DNA of 64,000 nucleotides from Negativicutes bacterium (GTDB lineage Bacteria; Bacillota; Negativicutes; UBA1444): NCBI GenBank assembly GCA_963665275.2, contig CAXXIN010000018.1, positions 192,001 to 256,000 of the forward strand, read 5' to 3'. Shown piece by piece: positions 41,420 to 50,947 of this stretch (position 1 is its first letter; each line of letters starts with the position of its first letter). The notes under the pieces were generated by a model. It saw only the letters and a program-made list of their open reading frames with translations, ran no database searches and was not told where the DNA came from. The position numbers and the translations under genes were made by a program.

Positions 41420-42460
41420 ATGCGAATAGCGGTTATGGGTGTAGGGTCATTGGGGACCATCATCGGTGGACTGATTGCAAAAAGCGGCAGGGATGTTGAA
41501 CTTATCGATGCAGATGAACGGAATGTCGCCGCTTTGAACAGTCGGGGCGCCACCATTAAAGGGGCTGTCGAGACCACGGTCCCGGTAAAGGCGATTACAC
41601 CTCAGCAAATGACAGGCCAATATGACTACGTGTTTTTGCTTACCAAACAGACCTATAATGATAATGCCCTGAAGCAGCTTCTGCCGCATCTGCATGCGAA
41701 AAGTGTCGTTTGTACGCTGCAGAACGGTATACCGGAGGAATCGGTCGCTTCTTACGTGGGGAAAGAGCGAACCGTCGGTGGTACGGTGGGTTTTGGCGCG
41801 ACGTGGCTGGAACCCGGGGTGTCCATGCTGACTTCGAGCCTTGAAGCGTTGCAAAAGTTCGGGTTTGATATTGGGGAAATTGATGGACAAACGACTTCTA
41901 AGATAAAAGCAATACAGGAGATTCTGTCCGCAGTGGGCGGGTGCGCCGTTCTTCCCAATCTGTTGGCCGTCCGGTGGTCAAAACTGCTGATGAATGCTAC
42001 CTTTAGCGGCATGTCAGCCGCGATGGGCTGCACGTTCGGGGAGGTTCTCGAAAACCCCGATGCAATGAAGGTTCTGTCCCATATTGCTGATGAAACGATA
42101 AAAACAGCCCGTGCCTGCGGTCATCGCCTGGCGGAAATGCAGGGAGAGGATCTGGAACTGTTGGAACTTAAACCGGGCGAAAGCGTGAATGATAAAATGG
42201 AATTGTATCATCGGGTCTGGGATCGCCATGCCAAGCTAAAGGCCAGTATGTTGCAAGATCTGGAGAAAGGCAGGAAGACCGAAATACAATATATCAATGG
42301 TTATGTGTGCCGCAAGGGCGTGGAAAACAACGTGCCAACACCCTACAACGATTTTGTGGTTCGGCTGGTGACTGAAGCTGAAAATAGCAAGAAAGTACCG
42401 GGATTTAAGACGGCGCTTGTGCTTGTACGCAGCTTTATCGAAGAGATGGCCCGGAAGTAA
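41420..42460 (+). CDS. ketopantoate reductase-family 2-hydroxyacid dehydrogenase
   Basis: GVGSLG, TLQNG, WSKLLMN, SMLQDLEKGRKTEI..ING. Confidence 0.9.
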   Translation: MRIAVMGVGSLGTIIGGLIAKSGRDVELIDADERNVAALNSRGATIKGAVETTVPVKAITPQQMTGQYDYVFLLTKQTYNDNALKQLLPHLHAKSVVCTLQNGIPEESVASYVGKERTVGGTVGFGATWLEPGVSMLTSSLEALQKFGFDIGEIDGQTTSKIKAIQEILSAVGGCAVLPNLLAVRWSKLLMNATFSGMSAAMGCTFGEVLENPDAMKVLSHIADETIKTARACGHRLAEMQGEDLELLELKPGESVNDKMELYHRVWDRHAKLKASMLQDLEKGRKTEIQYINGYVCRKGVENNVPTPYNDFVVRLVTEAENSKKVPGFKTALVLVRSFIEEMARK

Positions 42461-42761
42461 AAATGGCTGGAAGAAAGTAAGCCGACACCAGCATTGATTC
42501 GGCGCCAAAAAATCAGCGGGATATTAATTTGGCCCGGACCAGATATCTTGCTGGATCCGGGTATTTCTTTCTTCTGAATGAAAAGCAATATATACATTAC
42601 ATTGACAAACGAAAGAGAAAAATTGCTGATGTCATTAATTTGAGCAAAGCTGATAGTTAATGTGCATTTATTTGGCACAAATAATTGGATTGATATTTTA
42701 AAATGAAAGTAAAGTTATACAATTAGGTGCAATTTTCAAAAAAAACAAAACAATAATTGTT

Positions 42762-42777
42762 TGGCATAGTTATTGCA
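42762..42777 (+). promoter_or_regulatory. sigma54 -24/-12 promoter
   Basis: TGGCAT-AGTTA-TTGCA. Confidence 0.8.
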
Positions 42778-43090
42778 TAAATAGTTGAAAAGAATCTGTT
42801 AATTAGTTAATGCCACCATAACTAAGAACGGGAGGAGCTATCTGCGGCTAATGAGCAAGGTGTTATGATGGGTTCAATAAGTGCAGTGGCAATGAGAAAG
42901 GAGGTATTTTAATAGCCGGGTACGGAAGAAACTTCGACTTCAATCGTGTGAGATAATGAGTTTGGTGGTAACGGGCAGTTTTAAAACTGTTAACTGAGTT
43001 GAGTGACGATGCACAAGGATTAACAATTAAGTGGCTTTTTAAATAAGATATCTTGTGGCTTTCGAGCGGAATAATTAATACGGAGGTATC

Positions 43091-44362
43091 GTGATGAAAA
43101 TATCAGGCGTTGAAATTTCCGGTAATCAATGGAAGAGTCTGATGGGAGCCAGTTTTGGCTGGACACTGGATGCTATGGATTGGATGATGTTGGCTCTTGC
43201 CCTTCCCTTGATTCGTGCTACTTTCGATGTCAGCTTGGCGCAGGTTGGCTTGTTGGCGACTGCAACGCTGGGCGGCGCAGCCTTGGGTGGGATTTTCGTC
43301 GGGATGCTGGCCGACTATATGGGGCGCGTCAAGGTCCTCATGATTACCATGCTCTGGTACGGTATTATGACTGCAGCTTGCGGTTTCGCCCAAAGCTACG
43401 AACAGCTGCTCATCCTCCGTTTCATCTGTGGAATCGGACTTGGCGGCGAATGGGGAGTCGGCGCAGCGTTGGTAACGGAGTACTGGCCGGAAAATCTTCG
43501 GTCGAGAGCGACTTCTTTCGTTCACAGCGGTTGGCCTGTCGGTTATGGATTGGCTTCGTTGGCTTACATGTACGTTGTTCCCATTTATGGTTGGAGATCC
43601 TTGTTCTTCATCGGCATTATACCGGCGTTCCTGGCCATTTGGGTTCGTTACTCGGTTCCTGAACCGGAAGCCTATGTTGAGGCCCAGAAGAAACGTGCTG
43701 ATGCTGAAAAGGCTGGAAATGCGGAAGCAACGAAAGCACCCTTGCGTGTACTTTTTTCAGCCGAACATCGTCGGCGCACGTTCGTGGCCTGCCTTCTGAC
43801 TACGGGCGCCCTGATGGCATATTGGGGATCAGCCAGCTGGCTGCCTTCCTACTTGGCCACGACCAGGGGCTTGGATGTCGTTAAGACCGGCGGTTTCTTG
43901 ATCATTTTGAACATCGGCGCTTTTTTCGGTTATCAGTTCTTTGGCTGGGTGGCAGATACCTACGGTCGCAGGGCATCCTTTATGCTAGGGATTACTGGTT
44001 CGATTGTCGTTACATTGGTTTATGTTTCTATCAGCGATAATGCGGCGTTAATGTGGTTCGGTCCGTTATTTGCCTTTGTCACTTATGGATTCTTCGGGCC
44101 TTTCGGATCATTCCTGGCAGAGTTGTTCCCGCCCGAGATTCGGGCTACAGCGGCAAGTCTGTGCTTCAATGTCGGACGCGGCATGTCCATGCTCTCGCCT
44201 TTGCTTATTGGAGCTTTCGCGTCAAATTATGGACTCGCGTATGGCCTCGGGCTCACCGCTGTGTTCAACCTGTTAGGTTTAGTTGCGGTTTTCCTGTTGC
44301 CTGAAACAAGAAACCTCGGGGCTGCTATTGCAAAAAAAGTAGCTGCGTCGAATAAAGCCTGA
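43091..44362 (+). CDS. MFS transporter (sialate / aromatic-acid symporter-like)
   Basis: LDAMD, ADYMGR, GIGLGGEWG, ELFPPEIRAT, LPET. Confidence 0.92.
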   Translation: MMKISGVEISGNQWKSLMGASFGWTLDAMDWMMLALALPLIRATFDVSLAQVGLLATATLGGAALGGIFVGMLADYMGRVKVLMITMLWYGIMTAACGFAQSYEQLLILRFICGIGLGGEWGVGAALVTEYWPENLRSRATSFVHSGWPVGYGLASLAYMYVVPIYGWRSLFFIGIIPAFLAIWVRYSVPEPEAYVEAQKKRADAEKAGNAEATKAPLRVLFSAEHRRRTFVACLLTTGALMAYWGSASWLPSYLATTRGLDVVKTGGFLIILNIGAFFGYQFFGWVADTYGRRASFMLGITGSIVVTLVYVSISDNAALMWFGPLFAFVTYGFFGPFGSFLAELFPPEIRATAASLCFNVGRGMSMLSPLLIGAFASNYGLAYGLGLTAVFNLLGLVAVFLLPETRNLGAAIAKKVAASNKA

Positions 44363-44709
44363 CCCATAAGCCAAGAAGGGCTGTGTTGAAACTTTGGTTT
44401 CTGCACAGCCTTTCGTTTTAATGACAGCAAATTAGTCTGCAGGCGAGCATAGCCAGTAGTGGCACGCAAGATTTGACATATTCGATCGGAAATTTTGAGC
44501 AAGTGTTTTTAATATCTTTGGATTGCGAATCATATTGGTAAGTTATTCTGGCGTTGACCTGATCGTGGCGATGAAAAAAGTGCAATTGCCAGAATAATTA
44601 ACAATTTGTAAATCATGTGTTCAATTATTTAACAGTCAAGCTGGAACTGCTGCAGATTATCAAATCTCAGCCATTCTTCGGAAAAATTTGTAAGTGGGGG
44701 GCATGAATT

Positions 44710-45447
44710 GTGATTTTAAGAGACAAAGTGGCGGTAGTCACGGGCGCAGGGCAGGGAATCGGTGAAGCGATCGCAATGGCATTCGCGATTGCAGGGGCTT
44801 CGATTGTTGTAGCAGACATTAATTTTGACAATGCAAAAAAAGTTGCTTCCCAGTTGGCTACAGTGCATAAAATAGCAGCTGAAGCGGTGAAGGTAGATGT
44901 CAGCGACAATGAAAGTGTTGTTAAAATGATTGCTTTCGTCCAAGAAAAATTTGGCCATATCGATATTTTGGTCAACAATGCCGGGATCGTCCAGGCAGCA
45001 ACAACGTTTGAAGACATAAGCGACAAAGATTGGGATCGAGTGCTTGGTGTAAATCTTCGAGGAACGATCAATTGCTGCAAGGCCGTTATCCCCTCGTTCA
45101 AGGAAAGAAAATATGGCAAAATTATCAACCTGGCTTCTCTTGCCGGAGAAGTCGGCGGCATCGCTGTTGCACCGACCTATGCAGTCAGCAAAGCGGCAAT
45201 CATCTGCCTGACGAAATCGTTGGCCAAGTATCTGGGGCCCTACCAGGTGAATGTGAATGCAGTTGCTCCGGGATTCATCAAAACCACGATGACTGCAGAT
45301 CTTAATTACAATCCAGACACAGTGCCGATGAAACGGCTGGGTGAAGCTGCGGAAGTTGCCGATCTGATCCTTTATTTGGCGTCGGACCGCTCAAGCTATA
45401 TTACCGGGGCAACTATGGATGTGAATGGCGGCGTGTACATGAAATAG
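44710..45447 (+). CDS. SDR oxidoreductase (likely NAD-dependent)
   Basis: TGAGQGIG, ADIN, NNAG, YAVSK. Confidence 0.92.
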   Translation: MILRDKVAVVTGAGQGIGEAIAMAFAIAGASIVVADINFDNAKKVASQLATVHKIAAEAVKVDVSDNESVVKMIAFVQEKFGHIDILVNNAGIVQAATTFEDISDKDWDRVLGVNLRGTINCCKAVIPSFKERKYGKIINLASLAGEVGGIAVAPTYAVSKAAIICLTKSLAKYLGPYQVNVNAVAPGFIKTTMTADLNYNPDTVPMKRLGEAAEVADLILYLASDRSSYITGATMDVNGGVYMK

Positions 45448-45476
45448 TCCAAACTCATTCGAAAGGGGGTGTAGGT

Positions 45477-46262
45477 ATGGAACTGGGTTTAACGAACCGG
45501 GTAGTGGCTGTCACCGGTGGCGCCGCAGGCATAGGCAAGGGGTGTGTACAGGCTTTCCTGCAAGAGGGGTGCCGGGTGGCTATCTGCGGGCGTAGCCTGG
45601 AAAAACTGGCAGCAGCGAAGGCGGAGTTCCGTCAGATGGGTTATGAAGTTTTGACCTGCGTAGCAGATGTCACGCAAAGTCAGGAGCTTGTGGATTTTGC
45701 CGCTAAAGTGGAAGCCGAATACGGTGGGATTGACGTTTGGATCAACAATGCAGGCAAATTTATGATTAAAAATCTGCTGGATATGAGCGAAGATGAATGG
45801 GACGAAATTTTCAAGCAAAATGTTAAGTCTGTTTTCATCGGCGCAAAAGTTGCAGCCCCCCATTTGATTAAGCGGGGTGGCGGAGTCATCTTCAACGCAT
45901 CCTCTTATGCCTCCATCATTCCATCGGCAAGCGTGGGCGCGTATGCCGCGACCAAGGCGGCGGTATCCAGCATTAACCGCGTTTTGGCTGCTGAGCTTGC
46001 ACCGTTTGGAATTCGCGTGATCGCATACGCTCCTGGCGTCGTAGTGACAGATATGAGTGCCGCAATGATTTCGGCCAATGGCCCCAAAATAGCTGAGCAA
46101 AGTGCTTTAAACCGTCTTGGCGTGCCTGGCGATGTTGCCAACTATCTTGTATTTCTTGCTTCTGACGCCGCCAGCTATATCACAGGGACTACTGTGGAGA
46201 TAAGCGGTGGCAAGTTATGTGTTCAAAACCCAGCTCAACCCTGGAACCAAAGAAAGGGGTAG
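45477..46262 (+). CDS. SDR oxidoreductase (likely NADP-dependent)
   Basis: TGGAAGIG, CGRS, NNAG, YAATK. Confidence 0.92.
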   Translation: MELGLTNRVVAVTGGAAGIGKGCVQAFLQEGCRVAICGRSLEKLAAAKAEFRQMGYEVLTCVADVTQSQELVDFAAKVEAEYGGIDVWINNAGKFMIKNLLDMSEDEWDEIFKQNVKSVFIGAKVAAPHLIKRGGGVIFNASSYASIIPSASVGAYAATKAAVSSINRVLAAELAPFGIRVIAYAPGVVVTDMSAAMISANGPKIAEQSALNRLGVPGDVANYLVFLASDAASYITGTTVEISGGKLCVQNPAQPWNQRKG

Positions 46263-46268
46263 ATAAGG

Positions 46269-47309
46269 GTGAAATGTGCAGTTTTGACCGGAAACGAAAA
46301 ATTTGAGCTCAAAGAGACGGAATTAAGAGTTAAGCGAAATCCAATCATTAAAGTGACTCATGTTGGAGTATGCGGTACGGATCTTTCTTATTGGAAAGAC
46401 GGTGAAAACTATAAAGGCATGGTCATTGGGCATGAGTATGCAGGGATTATTGAAGACCCCGGGACGACGGGCTTGTTCAAACAAGGGGACCGAGTTGCAG
46501 GCTATACGCAGAACGTTTACGATGAACCATGCGGTCATTGCGAGAATTGCCTGCAAGAAAATTTCGATCAATGCACCAATCGAAAAATCCTGACCTGGAA
46601 GGGCGGGGAACTCAGTCACCCTGGGGCGTATTGCCAATTCACCACTTGGTTTCCCCGGAGCCTGTTTAAGTTGCCTGATCAAGTATCCACTGCTGAAGCG
46701 GCGCTCATTGAACCGATTACAGTAGCGCTGCATGCGGTGATGCTTACTGAGGTTAAACCCGGTGATAAAGTGCTGATTTTAGGCGGGGGAATTATCGGCC
46801 TGGGTGTTGCGGAGTGGGTGAGGAGCTTCGGCGCAGCAGAAATCACAATTTCTGAAATCAACCAACAGAAGATTGAAGTAATCACGAACTATCAGATTGC
46901 CGAGCATGTAATTCAAGCTGATGCCCCTGACTTGGACGATCAATTTTGGGCAGCCTCCGATGGAGGTTATGATATTATCTTTGACTGCGCCGGGATAGCA
47001 TCAGCCGTTAATGCAGGCATTAGAGCCTTAAAGAAAGAAAAGAAAAAGCAAATCACGGCGATTGCTCTACCACGCAGTGAGTTGGCAATAAATTATCGGG
47101 AACTGGTGTTAAGAGAGATTGTCCTGCGTGGAAGCAAAGGCCACACAGCGGATGAATTTAAGGCTGTTCTTCGTGCTGTTGGCGACAACCGGATCAATTT
47201 GGAAAAATATATTTCCAAACGCATTAAGTTTGAAAATGTTCAACAGGGATTCGAGGAATTAAAGAAGAGCGGCGGGTTGGAAACCAAGGCGATCCTCGAA
47301 ATGGAATGA
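46269..47309 (+). CDS. Zn-dependent medium-chain dehydrogenase (butanediol/polyol dehydrogenase-like)
   Basis: GVCGTD, GHEYAG, CGHCENC..C, EP, GGGIIG. Confidence 0.9.
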   Translation: MKCAVLTGNEKFELKETELRVKRNPIIKVTHVGVCGTDLSYWKDGENYKGMVIGHEYAGIIEDPGTTGLFKQGDRVAGYTQNVYDEPCGHCENCLQENFDQCTNRKILTWKGGELSHPGAYCQFTTWFPRSLFKLPDQVSTAEAALIEPITVALHAVMLTEVKPGDKVLILGGGIIGLGVAEWVRSFGAAEITISEINQQKIEVITNYQIAEHVIQADAPDLDDQFWAASDGGYDIIFDCAGIASAVNAGIRALKKEKKKQITAIALPRSELAINYRELVLREIVLRGSKGHTADEFKAVLRAVGDNRINLEKYISKRIKFENVQQGFEELKKSGGLETKAILEME

Positions 47310-47346
47310 CCGGGAGCTAAATTGAGAGGAAAGGGTGATTTTCACA

Positions 47347-47814
47347 ATGAAAAAACTAAAAGATTTTGGGATTGAACATGTGGGCTTTATCGTTAAAGAT
47401 TTAGATGCTGCAGTTGATCACTTTAAAAACCTTTATGGCATAGAGGAATTTCAAATTTATAATTTTTCGCCAGGCAGGGCGTGGTCTTATGGCAAAGAGG
47501 TTGAAAATTACGCCCTGAAGATTGCAATGTGCGGTGTAAATGATGTAAGCAGCGGGATTGAAATTATTCAGCCTGTTTCAGGCGAGGGCGTGCACAAGGA
47601 CTTTATCGCAGAGGGAAACACCGGACTGCATCACATTGCCTTTAAGGTTGATGACTACGATTACTGGCGGGAGTATTTTGTTGCCAAAGGTTCACGGTTT
47701 GTTTTCGAATCAGAAACAGAGGATGCGGTCAATGGCTACCGACGTTGTTTTTATGCAGAAGATAAGGAAAACAATATGGTGTATGAAATCAAAGAGACGG
47801 CGCATTTTAGATAA
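47347..47814 (+). CDS. VOC family protein (methylmalonyl-CoA epimerase / glyoxalase-like)
   Basis: EHVGFIV, EIIQP, GLHHIAF, YEIKE metal ligands. Confidence 0.88.
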   Translation: MKKLKDFGIEHVGFIVKDLDAAVDHFKNLYGIEEFQIYNFSPGRAWSYGKEVENYALKIAMCGVNDVSSGIEIIQPVSGEGVHKDFIAEGNTGLHHIAFKVDDYDYWREYFVAKGSRFVFESETEDAVNGYRRCFYAEDKENNMVYEIKETAHFR

Positions 47815-47846
47815 TCGGAGCGTGCAGTTTCGGCAGGTTGACTGAG

Positions 47847-47894
47847 TAAAGCGGGCCCTGGAGCACTTGGCGTGTTTCGGGCTCACTTTTTTTT
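47847..47894 (+). terminator. intrinsic terminator
   Basis: AAAGCGGGCCCTGGAGCAC..GTGTTTCGGGCTCACTTT followed by T run. Confidence 0.65.
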
Positions 47895-48043
47895 GCATGT
47901 TCGATGACACGCTCATTGCCAGGAGGTGATAGTGTTAACAAATTCTGCAATAACGCAATCAAGTGCTCAATTTTAGGACAGCGATCCTTTGGCGGAAATC
48001 ATTTAACGCTGAAAAAGGCTTATACTAGCTGAAATGTATCAGT

Positions 48044-48059
48044 TGGCATGATTTTTGCA
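48044..48059 (+). promoter_or_regulatory. sigma54 -24/-12 promoter
   Basis: TGGCAT-GATTT-TTGCA. Confidence 0.85.
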
Positions 48060-48099
48060 ACAGTGAAGATTATAAACTAATATGAATGGAGATGTTCAC

Positions 48100-49215
48100 A
48101 TGTATAACTTTAAATTGGCAACGGAAATCAAAATGTTCGATTCCATCGATGAATTTGTAACAGCCATGGATTTCACCGAACGCGATCTGGTCGTCACCAA
48201 TGCTCCGGTATATGAGCCCCAATTAAACGGGTATAATCTGAAATGTCGGGTAGTCTTCCAGGAAAAATACGGCAATGGTGAACCGAACGATCGTATGATC
48301 AATGCTATCCTTCAGGATTTGCGCGGATACGAATTCGACCGCGTATTTGCCATCGGTGGAGGGACCGTTATTGACGTCGCCAAGATTATTTCTTTATCTG
48401 GCGTTGAAGATGTACTGGATGCCCTATATGGACGGATTTCCATAACACGGACACGCAAATTGATGGTTATTCCCACTACCTGCGGCACAGGCAGCGAAGT
48501 GACCAATATTGCAATCCTTGAGGATACTCAGGCCCATGTCAAGAAAGGCATCGTCGGTCCGGCGATCTTCCCGGACGCGGCAATTCTGGTGCCGGATTTG
48601 GTCAAAGGTCTGCCATACAAATTCTTTGCATTCAGTTCCATCGATGCTTTGATCCATGCCATAGAATCCTATTTGGCGCCAGCTTCGAACAGCATTACGG
48701 AAATGTTTGCGGTCAGTGCAATGCAAAGTATCATTGCCGCCTATCGCGACATCGCCCAGAATGGACCGGCCGCTCAAGCGAAAAATATCGGTAAAGTGTT
48801 ACTTGCCAGTACCAGTGCCGGCATCGCTTTCGGCAATACCGGCGTCGGCGCCGTTCACGCCATGTCTTACCCTCTGGGCGGGAAATATCACGTTCCTCAT
48901 GGTGAAGCTAATTATGCTTTCCTGGATATTGTGCTGAGAAAATATGAGCAACTGAATCCCAATGGAAAAATCCAGAGTCTAAAACATATATTGGGGGATT
49001 GTCTGGGAGTTGTCGGCGACGATCAAGTCATTGCGGCCTTGGCCGAACTTCTGAACCGGATTATTCCCCTCAAGAGCTTACAGGAGTATGGCGTTCAGGA
49101 GAATGAACTGGGAAACTTTGCCGAGGCGGCTATGGCGCAGGAACGGCTGATGAAAAATAATTACAAACCGTTAAGCCTGCAAGACGTGACCAAAATGTAT
49201 CAATCCCGCTACTGA
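48100..49215 (+). CDS. 4-hydroxybutyrate dehydrogenase-like Fe-containing alcohol dehydrogenase
   Basis: QEKYGNGEP, GGGTVID, PTTCGTGSEVT, DALIHAIES, HAMSYPLG..YHVPHGEAN; same cluster as abfD/cat2. Confidence 0.85.
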   Translation: MYNFKLATEIKMFDSIDEFVTAMDFTERDLVVTNAPVYEPQLNGYNLKCRVVFQEKYGNGEPNDRMINAILQDLRGYEFDRVFAIGGGTVIDVAKIISLSGVEDVLDALYGRISITRTRKLMVIPTTCGTGSEVTNIAILEDTQAHVKKGIVGPAIFPDAAILVPDLVKGLPYKFFAFSSIDALIHAIESYLAPASNSITEMFAVSAMQSIIAAYRDIAQNGPAAQAKNIGKVLLASTSAGIAFGNTGVGAVHAMSYPLGGKYHVPHGEANYAFLDIVLRKYEQLNPNGKIQSLKHILGDCLGVVGDDQVIAALAELLNRIIPLKSLQEYGVQENELGNFAEAAMAQERLMKNNYKPLSLQDVTKMYQSRY

Positions 49216-49225
49216 TTCGAAATAA

Positions 49226-49888
49226 ATGACAAGGCGATGTGCGTTGATCAAGTCAGGACAACTGACTTATGAAGAAGGGTTGCGATTACAACAGAAAGCT
49301 TGGGATTCTGTGGCGGCAGGGGAATGGGACGGCGCTCTTATATTACTGGAGCATTCCCCGGTAGTTACCCTGGGGAGAAATCATGCCACCCCGGAGTTAC
49401 TGCTGTCGTCGGAAGAATATCGAGAGCGGGGCATTGAGGTAGTGCATTGCAAGCGCGGCGGTAAAGCAACCTGCCATAATCCAGGCCAATTGGTTGGTTA
49501 TCCCATCCTGAATTTAACGAACTGGCAACAAGATAGTCATTGGTATTTGCGTCTACTTGAACAAGCCGTCATAAACACGGTGGGAAAATTCGGCATAGTC
49601 GCTGGACGCAAGGAGGTCTATACAGGGGTATGGGCCAACGACCGAAAAATTGCCGCCATCGGGGTTGCTATTCGCCGCTGGATTACCAGTCATGGATTTG
49701 CCTTGAATGTGCATAACGACCTAGACCTTTTTTCGGCTATTGTGCCTTGTGGCATCAGCGAATTCGGCGTGACCAGTATGCTGGCGGAGGGTGTTGCCGG
49801 ATTATCTGTGGGAGAGGTTGCGGATGTTCTTATCCGTGAAATGGAAGTAGCGCTGCAATGTTCTTTTGTCACCACGGAAATAGAATAG
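49226..49888 (+). CDS. lipB: octanoyltransferase LipB
   Basis: LLEH.PVVTLG, RGG..T.H.PGQ, KIAAIG, HGFALN, IVPCG. Confidence 0.9.
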   Translation: MTRRCALIKSGQLTYEEGLRLQQKAWDSVAAGEWDGALILLEHSPVVTLGRNHATPELLLSSEEYRERGIEVVHCKRGGKATCHNPGQLVGYPILNLTNWQQDSHWYLRLLEQAVINTVGKFGIVAGRKEVYTGVWANDRKIAAIGVAIRRWITSHGFALNVHNDLDLFSAIVPCGISEFGVTSMLAEGVAGLSVGEVADVLIREMEVALQCSFVTTEIE

Positions 49889-49926
49889 AATGAGTCAGCG
49901 CACTTAGAACGGAGATGGTTCAACAG

Positions 49927-50793
49927 ATGGCAACAATGGACAAGAAAAAACAAGAACGCCCACAGTGGCTGAAACAGCGGGTAACTGCCGCGGGGGTGAC
50001 TGCCGTCAGTGCCCTGATGCGTGATTTCGAACTCCATACAGTATGTCAGAGTGCTGATTGCCCCAATCTGGGGGAGTGCTTTGGCGCCCGGACGGCTACC
50101 TTTCTGATATTGGGTGGTGTTTGTACCAGAAATTGCCGCTTCTGTTCGATAGCCAAAGGAGTACCGCAGCAACTGGATATGAATGAACCTGAACGGGTTG
50201 CGCAGGCGGTAAAGACCCTGGGACTGAAGCATGCGGTCGTAACTTCCGTAACACGGGATGACCTTCCAGACGGCGGGGCGGGACAATTCGTCGCTTGTAT
50301 CCAAAAGATACGGCAAGTGAACCCAGGCACAACCGTGGAGGTACTGGTTCCGGATTTTGGAGGGGATGAGGTCGCCTTGATGGCAGTGTTGGAAGCAAAT
50401 CCTGATGTATTCAACCACAACGTCGAAACTGTTCCCAGATTGTATCCCACGGTGCGACCGGAAGCGGAGTACCAACGTTCTCTCGGTGTTCTGCAGCAAG
50501 CAGCCCAATACGATTCCATCATCACTAAAAGTGGCATTATGCTGGGTTTGGGTGAAACGGAAGCAGAAGTTATCCAGCTCCTAAAGGACTGGGCGGCCAA
50601 CGGCGTGCAGGCGATAACCATCGGCCAGTACATGCAGCCATCGCCGGCGCACCTGGAGATCGTGGAATATATTCATCCGGATCAGTTCAAGAATTATGAA
50701 AAAATCGGTTACGACATGGGTTTTCGACAGGTTGTATCGGGCCCCCTGGTACGTAGCTCATACCATGCAGCAGCATTGTTGAAGGAGGTTTAA
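49927..50793 (+). CDS. lipA: lipoyl synthase
   Basis: CQSADCPNLGEC, CTRNCRFC, RDDLPDGGA, VRSSYHA. Confidence 0.95.
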   Translation: MATMDKKKQERPQWLKQRVTAAGVTAVSALMRDFELHTVCQSADCPNLGECFGARTATFLILGGVCTRNCRFCSIAKGVPQQLDMNEPERVAQAVKTLGLKHAVVTSVTRDDLPDGGAGQFVACIQKIRQVNPGTTVEVLVPDFGGDEVALMAVLEANPDVFNHNVETVPRLYPTVRPEAEYQRSLGVLQQAAQYDSIITKSGIMLGLGETEAEVIQLLKDWAANGVQAITIGQYMQPSPAHLEIVEYIHPDQFKNYEKIGYDMGFRQVVSGPLVRSSYHAAALLKEV

Positions 50794-50947
50794 TCGAGAA
50801 CTGTAAATTGCATGGTTGGGCTACTCTAGATGATTTGTATCTACAAGGCGAATCCGTTATAATAAATACGTCCTAAATATCGCAATTGAATGACAATTGC
50901 GATTGTTCACCTGCGGTGACCTAGCAGCTAACGGGGAGGTTTGGTAG

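Noticed and set aside
44460-44476. TGGCACG as a sigma54 promoter for the SDR operon
   Set aside because: No GC at the required -12 position.
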